Source: Amoebidium appalachense
Lineage: Eukaryota > Protista > Ichthyosporea
Assembly: GCA_963693365.1 (NCBI GenBank)
Contig: CAVNZM010000007.1
Location: forward strand, 10,847,962-10,911,961
Reading direction: 5' to 3'
Length of the DNA: 64,000 bases
A program made the position numbers and the translations under genes. The notes under the pieces are model-generated. The model saw only the letters and a list, made by a program, of their open reading frames with translations, was not told the origin of the DNA and did not search any database. Positions within the stretch are counted from its first letter, which is position 1. Each line of letters opens with the position of its first letter. This document shows, one piece after another, positions 14,393 to 26,622 of the stretch.

Positions 14393-17087
14393 TGGGGAGG
14401 GGGGGGATGGGGAGGGGGGAGGGGGGAAGGGGGAAGGGGGAAAGGGGTTCTTTACCCAGGGGAAGGTGGTGCCACCGCCATTTGGGTTGCCGTCCCCACT
14501 GAGCAGGACCAGGGTCTGGGGGGTATCGTGCAGCAGCAGGGTGCGGAGTATCTCACTGTGCAGCACGTCATCCACTGCATGCACAGGGTTAAAGATGCAT
14601 GGACAGGGTTAAAGATGTACATAGAGGGTTAAAGACGCATGCACAGGGTTAAAGACGCATGCACAGGGCTAAAGGTGCATTCACAGGGCTAAAGGTGCAT
14701 GCACAGGGTTAAAGATGCATGCACAGGGTTAAAGGTGCACATAGAGGGTTAAAGGTGCATGCACAGGGTTAATGATGCATGCACTGGGTTAAAGGTGCAT
14801 GCACAGGGTTAAAGATGCACATAGAGGGTTAAAGGTGCACAAACGGGGTTAAAGATGCACAAACGGGGTTAAAGGTGCGTGCACAGGATGCACATAGAGG
14901 GTTAAAGGTGCACAAACGGGGTTAAAGATGCACAAACGGGGTTAAAGGTGCGTGCAGAGGGTTAAAGGTGCGTGCACAGGGTTAAAGGTGCATGCACAGG
15001 GTCAAAGGTCGCATGGGGGGGCAGAGACCATACACAGTGCAACAGCTGTGGACTACATGGCCCACGACAGCACAGAATAGGGGGGCAATCACACATGGTG
15101 ATTGCGTTTGCGTACTTGCTTTGCACATATGCATGCAGAGGCATATAGTGTCCTTTGTGCATGTGTGTGTGTCATGTGAGCGTGTGTGTGGGTATGTGGA
15201 CTTTTCGTGTCTGGTTGTCTGTGTACTGTCTGTACCCGTGCTTGTATGTGCCCCTGCCCCCCTCCCCCCTCCCCCCACCCCCGGGTCCCCTTTCCTCATC
15301 CCCCCCCCCCCCCCCCACCACCAAGCCCTTTCTCCCAACCCCCCCGTCCCCTTTCACCCTCCTTCCCCACCACCACCACCATCATCCCCCACCCCAATCA
15401 CGTACCAAACTGCTCAGCATTGCCCAGCGTGTATGCCGTTCTGACGTCATAGCCATGCTGCCTCCACTCCTCCCACATCATGTCTGCCGGTGGGGGGTTT
15501 GCCCCCACCACCTTCTTCACTGCCGTGGGCCTGCCCCCCTCCACATACTCCACCAACCTCCCCACCTCCAGCCTGGCCGTCTTATCACTACGATCTCTCG
15601 TGGGCCCTAGGGCATAACTAGCACCTAGGAATATGTTGCTGTGGTCTACAAAGATCTGCAGACGACCAAGGGTGTTGTCTCGACGCCCACGCCGACCTTC
15701 ATTGCATGGGGAGAGAGAGCCTGCTAGCTGGTTGGCTAGCTGTATGTGTGTGTGTGTGTATGTGTGTGTGTGTTGGGGGGGGGGGGGGAGGGGGTGGGGG
15801 GGGAGGGGGGGGAGGGGGGGGGGCGGGAAGTGTGTGTGTGCGTGCGTGATATGAGTATGTGTGTGTGTGTGTGCGAGTGATTGTGTGTAATGAGTGCGTG
15901 TGTAGTGAATGTGTCTGTGAGCGTGCGAATGTGCGAGGGTATGTCCGTGCAAGTGGGTGTGCTTGCCGGATGGGATGCAGCGTTCCTGTGATGGTAATAG
16001 TCAATAGGGAGGAGACTCAAAGGGTTGGGCAAGCAAGCGGGTGACCGAATGTGAGGTGGTGGTGACTACGGAGGACGGGTGGTATGCAAGAGCACCAAAT
16101 AGGGAACAGGAAAAGGGTCTCCGCAAGGCCTTGCTCAAGCAGAACGGGGAGAAGCGGACTGGTCAAATCCTTCTTGGTCTTTTCACCTTGACGGCAACAC
16201 ACAACGAAAAACATCTCACTCATCCCCCCCCCCCCTCCCCCGGAGGAAATAGGCCTTTCTGCTCACTTCCCAAAAACAGAAGCCACAGCCAAGCAACCAC
16301 CAACGACTCAATACCTAAATATAGGTCTGCCTGTGCCATATCCCTCCCCCCTCCCCCCCCCCCCCGCCCCTTCCCCCCCCACGAACCAAACCTGAATCCA
16401 CGCACACACCACCCATGCACTACACCACCCGCCCACAACCCCAAACCCACCCACCTCCATCAATCGCATTCTCGCCGCCACCACCGCTTCATCCGTGCCA
16501 GCCAGCCACACCCCAGCCATGCCCCCAGCCCCCCCACTGCCCTTTGCCCCGGGTAACTCCGGGTTAGATGCCACCCTGCGCATGCCCCCGGGCGTGATCT
16601 CTCTGTCCACGTCCACACACAGACCCCCCCTCACAGCCCTGTCTAGTGCCTGCTGGAATCTTCCATGGTCCACCACCCACAGTGGCAGCTCCAGCCACAC
16701 CTCCGTCTCCACGTGGCCACGGCGCATGGGCCCCCTAGAGGTTGCACACAGTGAGCCCGCGCACATGGAATAAAACCCCAACAAGCGTGCATATTGACAC
16801 GAACAGGGACATGAAATCGCGGGCAGTGGTTCTCTTACTCAGTTAGCAAAGGCGCATTAGGCCATGTTGGCGATGTGCTAGCGGAGATGCGTATGTGTAG
16901 GCCAGGGGGTGGAGGTGTGCATGTGCGTGCGTGCACGTGTGTGTATGTGTGTGTGTGTGGGGAGGGAGGAGGGAGGGAGGGGGGAGGGCCGCAGGGGGAG
17001 GGGGGAGAGGGGGGGGGGAAGGCAAGAAAGGCGTGCGTATGCACAAGTGTGTGTGTGTATGTGCGGGTGTTGTGTGTGTGTATGTAA

Positions 17088-17147
<60 letters not shown>

Positions 17148-17247
17148 GGGGGTCTGGAGTGGGTGCAGTGTGTGTGTGGCTGGGAGAAGTTGTGTGTGTG
17201 TGTGTTGTGTGGTCGTGGTGGTCAGTTGGGGGGGGAGGGGGGAGGGG

Positions 17248-17311
<64 letters not shown>

Positions 17312-17699
17312 AGGGGGGAAGGGAGGGTGGGGAGAAAGTGTGGATGTGTGTGTGACGGGAACGCAGGGGGGATGGGGGGGTTGGGGGAATGAGGGGGGAG
17401 GAGGAATCTTTTAACGGGCGGGGGGGAGGATGTGTGGTTGTGTGTTGGAGGGGGGAGGAGAGCGCATGTGTGAAGGGAGGTGCGAGGTGGCGCGCACACG
17501 CACGTGTGTTTGGGGTTGGAGGGAAGGGTAAAGGGAGAAGTGTGTTTGGGGGGGAGGGGGGAGGGGGAGGGGAAGGAAGTGGGCAGGTGCGGGATGTGTG
17601 CGAGAGCTTGTGTGTATGTGTGTGTGTGTGTGGGGTTGCCCTTGCCTACGTGTGTATGTGTGTGTGAGGGGGCAGGGAGAAGAAGTGTGTGTGCGGTTG

Positions 17700-17744
<45 letters not shown>

Positions 17745-18389
17745 TGAGGTGCAAGCATTGTTTCTGTGTTGCTGTGACCTACCCCGGGGACAGCAGGTCC
17801 AGGGCACCGGGTGTCTTCCTTGCGGTTTGCTGTGCACCCACGTGTAAGCAGGGCTGCCCAGCTCGAATCCCCCCCCCCCCCCCCCCCCCCCTCTCCCCCC
17901 CCCCCCCCTTCTACCCCTCTCTCATTGTCCCTCCCCCCTTCCCCTCCCCCCCCTTCCCCTCCCCCACATCTCCTCAACCCTTTCTCTCTCCCCCCTCCCC
18001 CCCCCCCCCCTCCCCCCTCCTCTCCCCCTTTCCCCCCTCGTTTCTCACAGTGTAGCAGACAAGACGTGTTCTGTTTCTTCACTCCACCAAACCCCTACGT
18101 CTCAGTGTCCACCAACAAAACCGCACCAAGCACATCCTCTCCTCCCCTTCCCCCCCCCCCCCCCCCCCCCCCCACCCCCAGCACGCACCGTCTCCTTAGC
18201 CAGCCTCTTTGCCAGGGTGGCAGCCAGGTCACTTGCCGGCCTCTCCAACCCCCCACTGGGCAGCCTTTCTCTCCTTGCTGGCTCACTGGCTGGCTGCTCC
18301 AGCTCCACCGTGCTGGGGGGCTCCAAGGTGTCTACGGCGTCAAAGAACTCATCGTTGCTCTCGGGGGGCACCCCCGGTGGCACTGTCAT
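11905..18389 (-). CDS. NYN-domain (PIN-like) ribonuclease with N-terminal FFAT motif, CCCH zinc finger and C-terminal ankyrin repeats; exons approx. 18389-18189, 17829-17783, 16734-16455, 15739-15406, 14574-14456, 13810-13648, (junction unresolved) about 13170-11905
   Basis: NYN acidic motifs [11 protein letters not shown]|[15 protein letters not shown] and [13 protein letters not shown] join across phase-compatible GT-AG introns. Also [16 protein letters not shown] (CCCH), ankyrin repeats [10 protein letters not shown] / [19 protein letters not shown] / GETALNLA, and DEFFDAVD near the N-terminus. Confidence 0.82.
14577..15007. repeat. 20-bp minisatellite (GCATGCACAGGGTTAAAGAT)n, about 21 units, intronic, abutting a 3' splice site
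   Basis: Directly visible 20-bp periodicity with unit variants. Confidence 0.95.
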
Positions 18390-21033
18390 GGTGCCTGCAG
18401 GGGCAATGGTGTGAAAAGATTGCAGCACGAAAGCCGCAGGTGCAAGCGTGCGTGAAAGAGGGGCACAGTGAACAGCCCCCCTTCAGCGCTTGCCCCCCCC
18501 CCCCCCCCCCCCCTCCACACACACACATACACGCACGTATACACACACATACACACACACGCACGCACGCACTCACTCACACATGCACACACACGCACAC
18601 CCCCGAACACACACACATACAGACACACACACACACACACATACACACGCACACACGCACTCTCTCACACACACACACAAACACACACATACAGACACAC
18701 ACACACACGCACACACACACACCATCATCACCACCAAAAAAAAGCATGCACATAGCAAGCACCAGCAGATGTGCTGCCTAACTCAGGACACACAATCAGC
18801 AAGTACCCCTTGGCTATTTAACCCGCAAGACGGCCACTGGGTGTGCAAGCAGACTGCATCTGGTGTGCTGTGGCGCACCACCCGTGTCTTTGGGCATGCA
18901 TAGCGGTTACCTTGAGAGCGTTTATGGCCTGCTGCTGGCCCCTAACAGTGGCAAGAGCGTCGACGTGTTTGTTGCTGTGAGCACGAGGCTGAGGGAAGCT
19001 ACAATGTGTGTGTGGCCCGAGGGTTAGGCTAGGAGTATGCCGTATGTCACAAGTGGAGGTGCGTAAAGAGTACACGTGGGTGTGCTTGAAACAAAACAAA
19101 ACAACATCGGGTTGGTCAGTCTCGGAGACTCTTGTAGGAAGGACGCAAAATCAATTATTTATAAATATTTCAGAGCTGTATAAGTAACAAGGCCTCCAAA
19201 ACTCCCGGAGGCCTTGATACATACGTAACCAAGTTTTTGTTGTCGTTTCACTTTTCGTTTCAAACTTTCAGCCAATCAAAAGGGTGATGTCCACTGGCAA
19301 CCAGGGTGCAGAATAGCGATGCTTTATCTCCACGACGGAAAGAGAAAGAGCAATTTCGCCCTTATTTCATTTTTGCTAAGCATTTTTCTGTACAAAATAA
19401 TAATTGCGTGGCTTTATAGGCAAGATAACACCGCTACAAAGTTGGGAGGTAATATATATTGATATACAAAGGCTGTGTATGACACTGTGAAGGGGCTGCG
19501 GCTTTTACTACCCTTTCCAAGGTTAGCTATGATTGGCTCCCCTGAGGCTTCGAGAGAGGGGCAGGGAAAGCTGGGTCTGTGCAAATTTAAAGGTATGTTA
19601 CAAGGTATTATGTTTTCTTGGCCGAGTTCTCTTCAACAGCAGTAGCATGTATACATAAAAGTGTATAAAAGTGTATAATTTCTGCTGACCGTTTAACTTA
19701 GGGTTCTGCTTTTGGTATTAAAAAACCGGGTTATTTGAAATAGCCTTTTTTTAGCTGGCATAACGTTATATACCCAATTCAGCAACAGGGCTGAGTCTTT
19801 GCACACTACGATTTGCATCGCTCCGCTTTAGTAATCACGCAGCCGCTTGTTGACTGACAAGGTGTGGTCAGGGAAGTGGTCAGGCCGCGTTATTTTGTTA
19901 TTATTATTCTTGTTAACAACTATAATAACGGTAACGGTGTTATTAACCTTTGATTATCTTCATTTTTATGCTGTTTCAAATCTATGTGCTTGGATAGACG
20001 AAAATTTTGCAGGCTTTGATAGCCTTGAGTTTTAGAGTCCATGTTGTCAACAGCACCCCAAGAGGTAGTCGTTAGGTAGGGCGTATAGACTGAGAGTAGA
20101 GGGTTGGGGCAGCCACTGCAGCACGTTTGGTAGCCCCCCTAGTTTTCTCCCTTAGGCCTACTGCATCCAGGTTTCCATAGTGACGGTGGGCACCCCTTAA
20201 CTACCTCCCTACAAAGATGCAAAAGTTTGGTTACTTCCAGGTGCTAGTTTGCGCACTCTAATTTCTCCTCGCCCTACCATTATGGACTGACTCCCGACAT
20301 TGTGGTTTTCCTGGCTGTGTTGCACGTTGCAGAGAAAGAAGTCGCAGAAAAAGAACCGTAGACACGTAGGGCTGTAGGAGGAAGATGGAATGGGGAGGGG
20401 AAGGTTGGGGAGGAGGGGGCTGGGGAGGTCAAACACACATTTTACCATGTAGTTGCCCCACCACACAACACTCTTCGTGCGTGAACAGCAGCTCCGAGGA
20501 TAACTAGCAAGAACCCTATTCCTGTGCTCTTGAAAGGGAAACCATCCTCTTCCCCAGGCACACAATCACAACGTGCTCTGCTTTTAGGAGCCTCTATCAC
20601 TACTATTCTGTGGCTATTACCACACACTTTCACCAGCAGCTGTTGCAGATACAACTAAGGAACCATGCACACCTGTTTCATCCCCCCCCCCCCCCCCCCC
20701 CCCCCCCTCTCCCCTTCTCTCCCCCACCCCCACCCCCTCCATTTTCCTCCCTTCCTCCTCCTCCCCCCCCCCCCCCCCCTCCTAACAGGGTGCTTGGCTG
20801 TGTGCCCCAAGTACTTGCCTATTCGCTCTCTCCCCTGCTTTGCTGGGCCGTTACACATCTCGTGACCCCCGCTCCCCTCCCCCCCCCTCCCCCCCCTCCC
20901 CCCCTCCTTAGTTTTTTCTCAAGGGCATTCTTCCTTTCCGTCACACTTATTCTTGCCTGTCATAGGGACGGCCGCCTTGAACTAGCTCGCATTTATTCTC
21001 CAGGCTATCGGCCCCCCTTCCCCCCTCCCCCCC

Positions 21034-21132
21034 TTGGGCCTTGCTTTATTATACATACTCTCTATGTATGGTTTGCACTCTGCATCGTGTTATCCGTTAC
21101 ACATAAGTACTTCCACATACTTTATGATGCAT
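21034..21132 (+). mobile_element. Short 3' fragment of poly(C)-associated repeat
   Basis: CATACTCTCTATGTATGGTTTGCACTCTGCATCGTGTTATCCGTT matches the 3' part of 22071-22700, with C-runs on both sides. Confidence 0.7.
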
Positions 21133-21574
21133 CCCCCCCCTTCCCCTTCGAAACCACCACCACCATCACCACCACCGACACTAATCCTCCCCCGCTACTC
21201 CTTACCTTATCTCTTTCATTCCTCACATGTCCCGCTTCCACCACTCTTCCTCCCCAGTCTCCTTTTGGCCCCTCCTGCTCCCCCCCCCCCCCCCCCCCAG
21301 GGTCCCCTGAGACTACTGACACTCTAACATTCCCCTCCCCTCTCTTACTTCCCCCCCCCCCCCTCCCCCTTTCCCTCCTCCTTCCCCTCCCATTTTCTCT
21401 GCACACCCAACAGGTCTTAACCAGATCTGCACATCGTTAGTCACAATCTTCTCACATATATGAGAGAATGATCGTATTGGTACGATTTGTCTAATATCTG
21501 ACGATTCTGCAGCATCCATAAGACCCCCCTCCCCCCTCCCCCCTCCCCCTCCCCCCCCCCCCCCCCCCCCCCCC

Positions 21575-21801
<227 letters not shown>

Positions 21802-21863
21802 GGCGCCTGTTGTTTTGCTTGTCATTTGTTGTTCTGGTTGATTACCTGTAATCTTCGCTTATT

Positions 21864-21898
<35 letters not shown>

Positions 21899-22070
21899 TG
21901 TGCGGGGTTGCACATACCGGTGTCTACTTTTCTTCTTACTGTTTTTCTCTCCACACACTTCATCTGTCCACTTCTGCATACCCCCTTTCATAGCTATAGA
22001 CACACTTCACACATTGCGTTACGCGCACGCATGCACACACCGCTCTGTTGGCGACAGCTCCCTTGGAACC

Positions 22071-22698
22071 CATGCGGCATGTTACCCGCCGGCGTAACAT
22101 AACTCGGACTATCGGTTTGGCTTTTTTCAAGCCCAAAGCAATGGGTGATACCATATTTCCGGCTGACATCCGGGGGCATAGCTTTCCGTTCGAAGACGAT
22201 AAAGTTCCGCCCTAGTAAGCGTGTTACTACCCTGCGGCGTGGGTCAAATCTCATATTTTCCCCTCTGATTACGAATTCTGTGGCCTTCGGGACTTAATTC
22301 TTTTCAGCTGGTGTAGTATGTTAGCCAGGGAAGTATCGACTTAGGTATCGACGGGGGAGCTTCCTAGAAGCCCCGTCTCCTGAGTTCCTATCTATATTTT
22401 TCTTGCTTCTGCTTACTGCTGCAACTTTAACCCCCGGCCTTTCCCACTGCCCTTGCCTGCATAAGCAACCCTGCTCGTCTCTGATCAAGACGGGTGACCT
22501 ACTCATGTTCAAGTGAAACAGTATCTGAGTTGGGTTTCGTTAACGAGGGGAATAGGTCGAAACTCGGGTACTGTGGATGACGTGGGCCCCCCCTGAGGAT
22601 GGGCTCTGCTTATTATGCATACTCTTTATGTATGGCTTGCATTCTGCATCGTGTTATCCGTTTGTTCTTGTGTACTTCGTACTTTTTGACGCATTCAA

Positions 22699-22700
<2 letters not shown>
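22071..22700 (+). mobile_element. Long copy of poly(C)-associated dispersed repeat (candidate non-autonomous Penelope-like retroelement)
   Basis: Inverted near-identical copy of 5919-6536. Ends ...GACGCATTCAAAA followed by a long C-run; several hairpins in the 3' 200 nt. Confidence 0.75.
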
Positions 22701-22747
<47 letters not shown>

Positions 22748-22948
22748 TTCCCCCCTCGCTGCTGCTGTTACCACCCTGCGTGTGTTCTCTTTCTCAATGT
22801 CTTCTACCACTCTGCGTCTCTGCTACCCTCTGCTACTCCCCCTTGGCATCTTTGCCATCCCCCTCCCTCTTGGTCTTGTCTACGATGTGTATTAGCTGGC
22901 CATGAACAGCCACTCTCTAAGGCGCTCACCCCACTCCCCCCCCGTCTC

Positions 22949-22993
<45 letters not shown>

Positions 22994-23240
22994 CCCCCCC
23001 CGCCCCGCCCGTTCCTGGTACGTCCTGTCATTGCCCTCTGCTTGTCCCTTCCCTCACTGCATTACCACTGTTTTGTCCTTTCTCTTTTTCCTCTCACCTA
23101 CACATATCCATATCAACTTGAGTCTTCTTGTTTATACACAAAAGTCCCCAGTTGGTATACGTATCCACTCCCCCCCCCCCCCCCCCCCCCCCCCCCCGGC
23201 CCCTCCCCCCTCCTCCCCCCCCCCCCCCCCCCCCCCCCCG

Positions 23241-23488
23241 CTCCTTGACTAAGACGGGTTGGCCCCCCCAAGCTCAATTGATGCTTGGAGAGTCGTATAT
23301 ACGTGGGCTCAAGGTCCGAAACTCAGACGCAATTGATGACTTGGGCTCTCCTGAGGACGGGCTCTGCTTATGACGCATACTGTGCGCATTGCTGATGTTG
23401 CATACTTGAATGTTTGCATTTGCATGTGTCCTGCACCATGCTTCTCATCGTTTATGTGTACTTCGTGCCGTGTTACGCACTCAAATTC
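23241..23488 (+). mobile_element. Diverged 3' copy of poly(C)-associated repeat
   Basis: Shares AAGACGGGT, GGTCCGAAACTC, GATGAC.TGGGC..CCTGAGGA.GGGCTCTGCTTAT and TGTGTACTTCGT, and lies between two C-runs. Confidence 0.7.
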
Positions 23489-23662
23489 CTCCCCCCCCCC
23501 CCTCCACCCTGCGTCGCCCCTCCCTGCCTGGTGTCCCCACACACTGCACGCCAATCACCCTGTGCCCTCAACTTAGCACATGTTTTTCTTGCCGGCTGGC
23601 ACTGACCCGTCACCATGTGCAGGCGGTAAGGGGACTGCCCGGCACAGGCCGGGATTGGGGGG

Positions 23663-23839
23663 ATGGAGGGGGTCGGGGGCCTTTGGGAGTATGCGCCCAT
23701 TGTGGGGGTATCGATGTGTGGCTTCTCGGTGGCATACGTGCTGGCTGGCTGGCTGTCGGGGGGCATTGAGGCCTACCGCAGACTGGATGCACTCAACCAG
23801 CACCTATGGAGTATGAGGTGCGTGGGTATGGGGTGTGGC

Positions 23840-23893
<54 letters not shown>

Positions 23894-24404
23894 TGTGCGT
23901 GTGTGTGTGCGTGTGCGTGTGCGTGTGCGTGTGCGTGTGCGTGTGTGTGCGCGCGCGCGTGTGTGGTGCACGGTGTGTGCATGCCTGCCTACGTTCTCGT
24001 GTGTGTGACCGGTGTGTACAGTGTGTGTGCATCTGAGTATGTTCGTGTGTGTGTGGGGAGGGATGTATGTGTGATGGTGGTGTTTGGTTGCCTGTAGCGA
24101 ATACATGGATGAATGAGTGAAGGTTACAGAAGGGTGGAGATGTTCGAGTAAAACGGGGCACATCCTCGTATTTCCAGTCTTGTACATGACCATTTGTGTG
24201 TGTGTGTGTGTACGTGTGTGTTCGTGTGTGTGCACGTGCATGTTCGTGTGAGCGCATGTTTGGGTCTATATAACTTTGTGTTCTGACTAGTGTATGGTGC
24301 CGTTGTGTGTGTATTGGTAGCTGCATGTGCTTACGCACTGTGAACGTGGATGCCGGAGAATGGAGGGGTGGGAATTGGTGGTGGTGGTGGTGGTGGTGGT
24401 GTGT

Positions 24405-24451
<47 letters not shown>

Positions 24452-24666
24452 GGGGGAGGAAGGGGGAGGGAGGGTAGGGCGAGTCTTGCATGCCGTTGTG
24501 ATGATTTCAGAGTCGTGTGCCTGCGATATATACATGCACGTAATGGGGATGATGTAATTAGACTAGGTGACGGTAGAGCAGTGTTTGTCTGTTTATGTTT
24601 TTGTGTGTGGTGTGTGCGTGATTTTGGAATGGTGGTGAAGGGGAAGGGAATGGGGAGTGGGGGGTG

Positions 24667-24741
<75 letters not shown>

Positions 24742-25540
24742 TGGGTGTGGGTGTGGGTGGGTGGGTGTGGGTGTGTGTGTGTGTAGAGGGGGAAGGGGGG
24801 GGAGGGGGCATGTAGTTACGGATTACGACGTGCACATTCACGACGGACAACACGATGCAGATTTGTTAAGGTCACACAAAGAATATTTATTAGAATTTTA
24901 AACCGATATTGCGGGGTGGGGGGTGGGGGGTGGGGTGTGTGGAAATGCTGGGAAGGTCAAAGGGAGGGGGCTGTTGTTGTTTGTGTGGAGGTGGGGGGGG
25001 GGGGGGGGGAGGACTCTGGCCATGTATTCATGCGATTATGGGGCCTTATGTGGCACCTCCTCTGACAATGATCCACCATTGATCAACATCCCCCCCCCGT
25101 CCCCCCCATTCCTTCAGGATGGTTTCTGCCACCCACGGACTGCTGTGTGGACTCGGGGGGGTTATTGCACTCACAGACCCGCTGATCTGGGGGGATGCCG
25201 TGGACTCGTGGAGTGCATTTGGGGCCGATGTCGTGGGGTTCTTTGTGGGCTACACTCTGTACGACCTGCTGATCACCCTAACCCGCTACCGTGAGAGGGG
25301 GCGTCCATGGGATGTGGTGTTGCACCACGTGATGGTCCTGGCCCTGGCTGCTATGCCCTTGGCCCTCAGGAGATATGCCCTCGTCACCTGCTGCTAGTAC
25401 GTCCAGTACCCTCCCCCCCCTCCCCCCGGCCTGCCTCCCTGCCTGCCCCTCTTGCTTTATTACTTAGGGAATGTTGGAGACGATGTGGATGGGTAGATGG
25501 TGCTGGGTGCAGTTGCAGTTGTATCACTATTAGTGGCCGA

Positions 25541-25628
<88 letters not shown>

Positions 25629-26043
25629 GTGTTCGTGTGTGCATGCGTGGTGGTGTCTGCAAGTGTGGCCGTGCTCTGGCTTACTCCCCCTGTTTGCTTC
25701 AAATTGCCTCACCGAGAACCACAGGCACACTGTGTGTACGGCAAAAGCACCTGAGTGTACACCTTTGATTGACCAATGGTGCAAGGGGTGGGTGGTGCGC
25801 AGTGTCTGTGTGTGTGCACTTGAGTTTGTGTGACCGTGTACGTGTCATCATTGGGGTATCCTATTCATAACATAAATTCGTTGACAAAGCATTATGCCGA
25901 ATTCACTGCGTCACACTTATGAACACATGTGGCCGTACATTGTGCCCCCCCTCCCCCCGGTGAAGTTTGCACTCCGCATTGTGTTGCCCGTTATCAGGGT
26001 TTCTAACACCCCCCCCCCCCCCTCCCCTCCCCCCTCCCCCCCC

Positions 26044-26074
<31 letters not shown>

Positions 26075-26380
26075 AGCCTTGCCAACGAGCTGTCCACGCC
26101 GTTCCTGCATTTGATGCACTTCCTCAAGTACCTGCACGTGCCCAAGAGCAGTGGGCTGGTCAAGGCCAACCAGGTGGTCTTTGCCAGCACCTTCTTTGTG
26201 TGCCGGGTGCTGCTCAACAGCTACGCCATCTACCGCCTGGTCACCTCCCCAAACTTTGGCCCCCTGCCGTGGCTGGAGCAGGTGGCCGGCCTGGGCCTGA
26301 GTGTGTGCTTCCTGGCCCTCAACGTGTGGTGGTTTGTTCTGATTGTCAAAATGGCCGTGGGCATAGTGAAGGCAGAGTAG
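23663..26380 (+). CDS. TLC (TRAM/LAG1/CLN8) domain membrane protein, TMEM56/TLCD4-like; exons 23663-23817, 25118-25396, 26077-26380
   Basis: WSMR|[24 protein letters not shown]|[18 protein letters not shown] and [11 protein letters not shown] are TLC motifs. Intron phases are compatible. Confidence 0.9.
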
Positions 26381-26461
26381 GGAAGGGAGCGGGTTTGGAA
26401 AACGAAACTGATAGACTGAAGAGTGTAAGGCACATCTGATTTATTCCTCAGTTACCCTCAC

Positions 26462-26536
<75 letters not shown>

Positions 26537-26589
26537 CGTGTGTGTGTGTGTGTGCACGTGCACGTGCGCGTGTGTGCGCGTGCGTGACA

Positions 26590-26622
<33 letters not shown>

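Noticed and set aside
14577-15007. CRISPR array or telomere
   Set aside because: The units are contiguous with no unique spacers and no cas genes, the context is a eukaryotic intron, and the AGGGTTA core is not in tandem hexamer form.
16020-16220. Extra exon of the NYN gene or nested ORF
   Set aside because: The flanking exons already join in phase without it, and no motif is recognised.
20040-20660. Possible retroelement endonuclease/RT remnants
   Set aside because: Only vague resemblance across stops and frameshifts; cannot be supported without a search.
22515-22612. Canonical type I/II/III hammerhead or HDV-like ribozyme call
   Set aside because: Box order and stems do not fit a standard topology by eye, so it is reported only as a hypothesis under findings.
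22575-22615. SECIS element in the repeat (ATGA followed by a hairpin)
   Set aside because: There is no apical AA and no consistent 3' GA quartet partner across copies.
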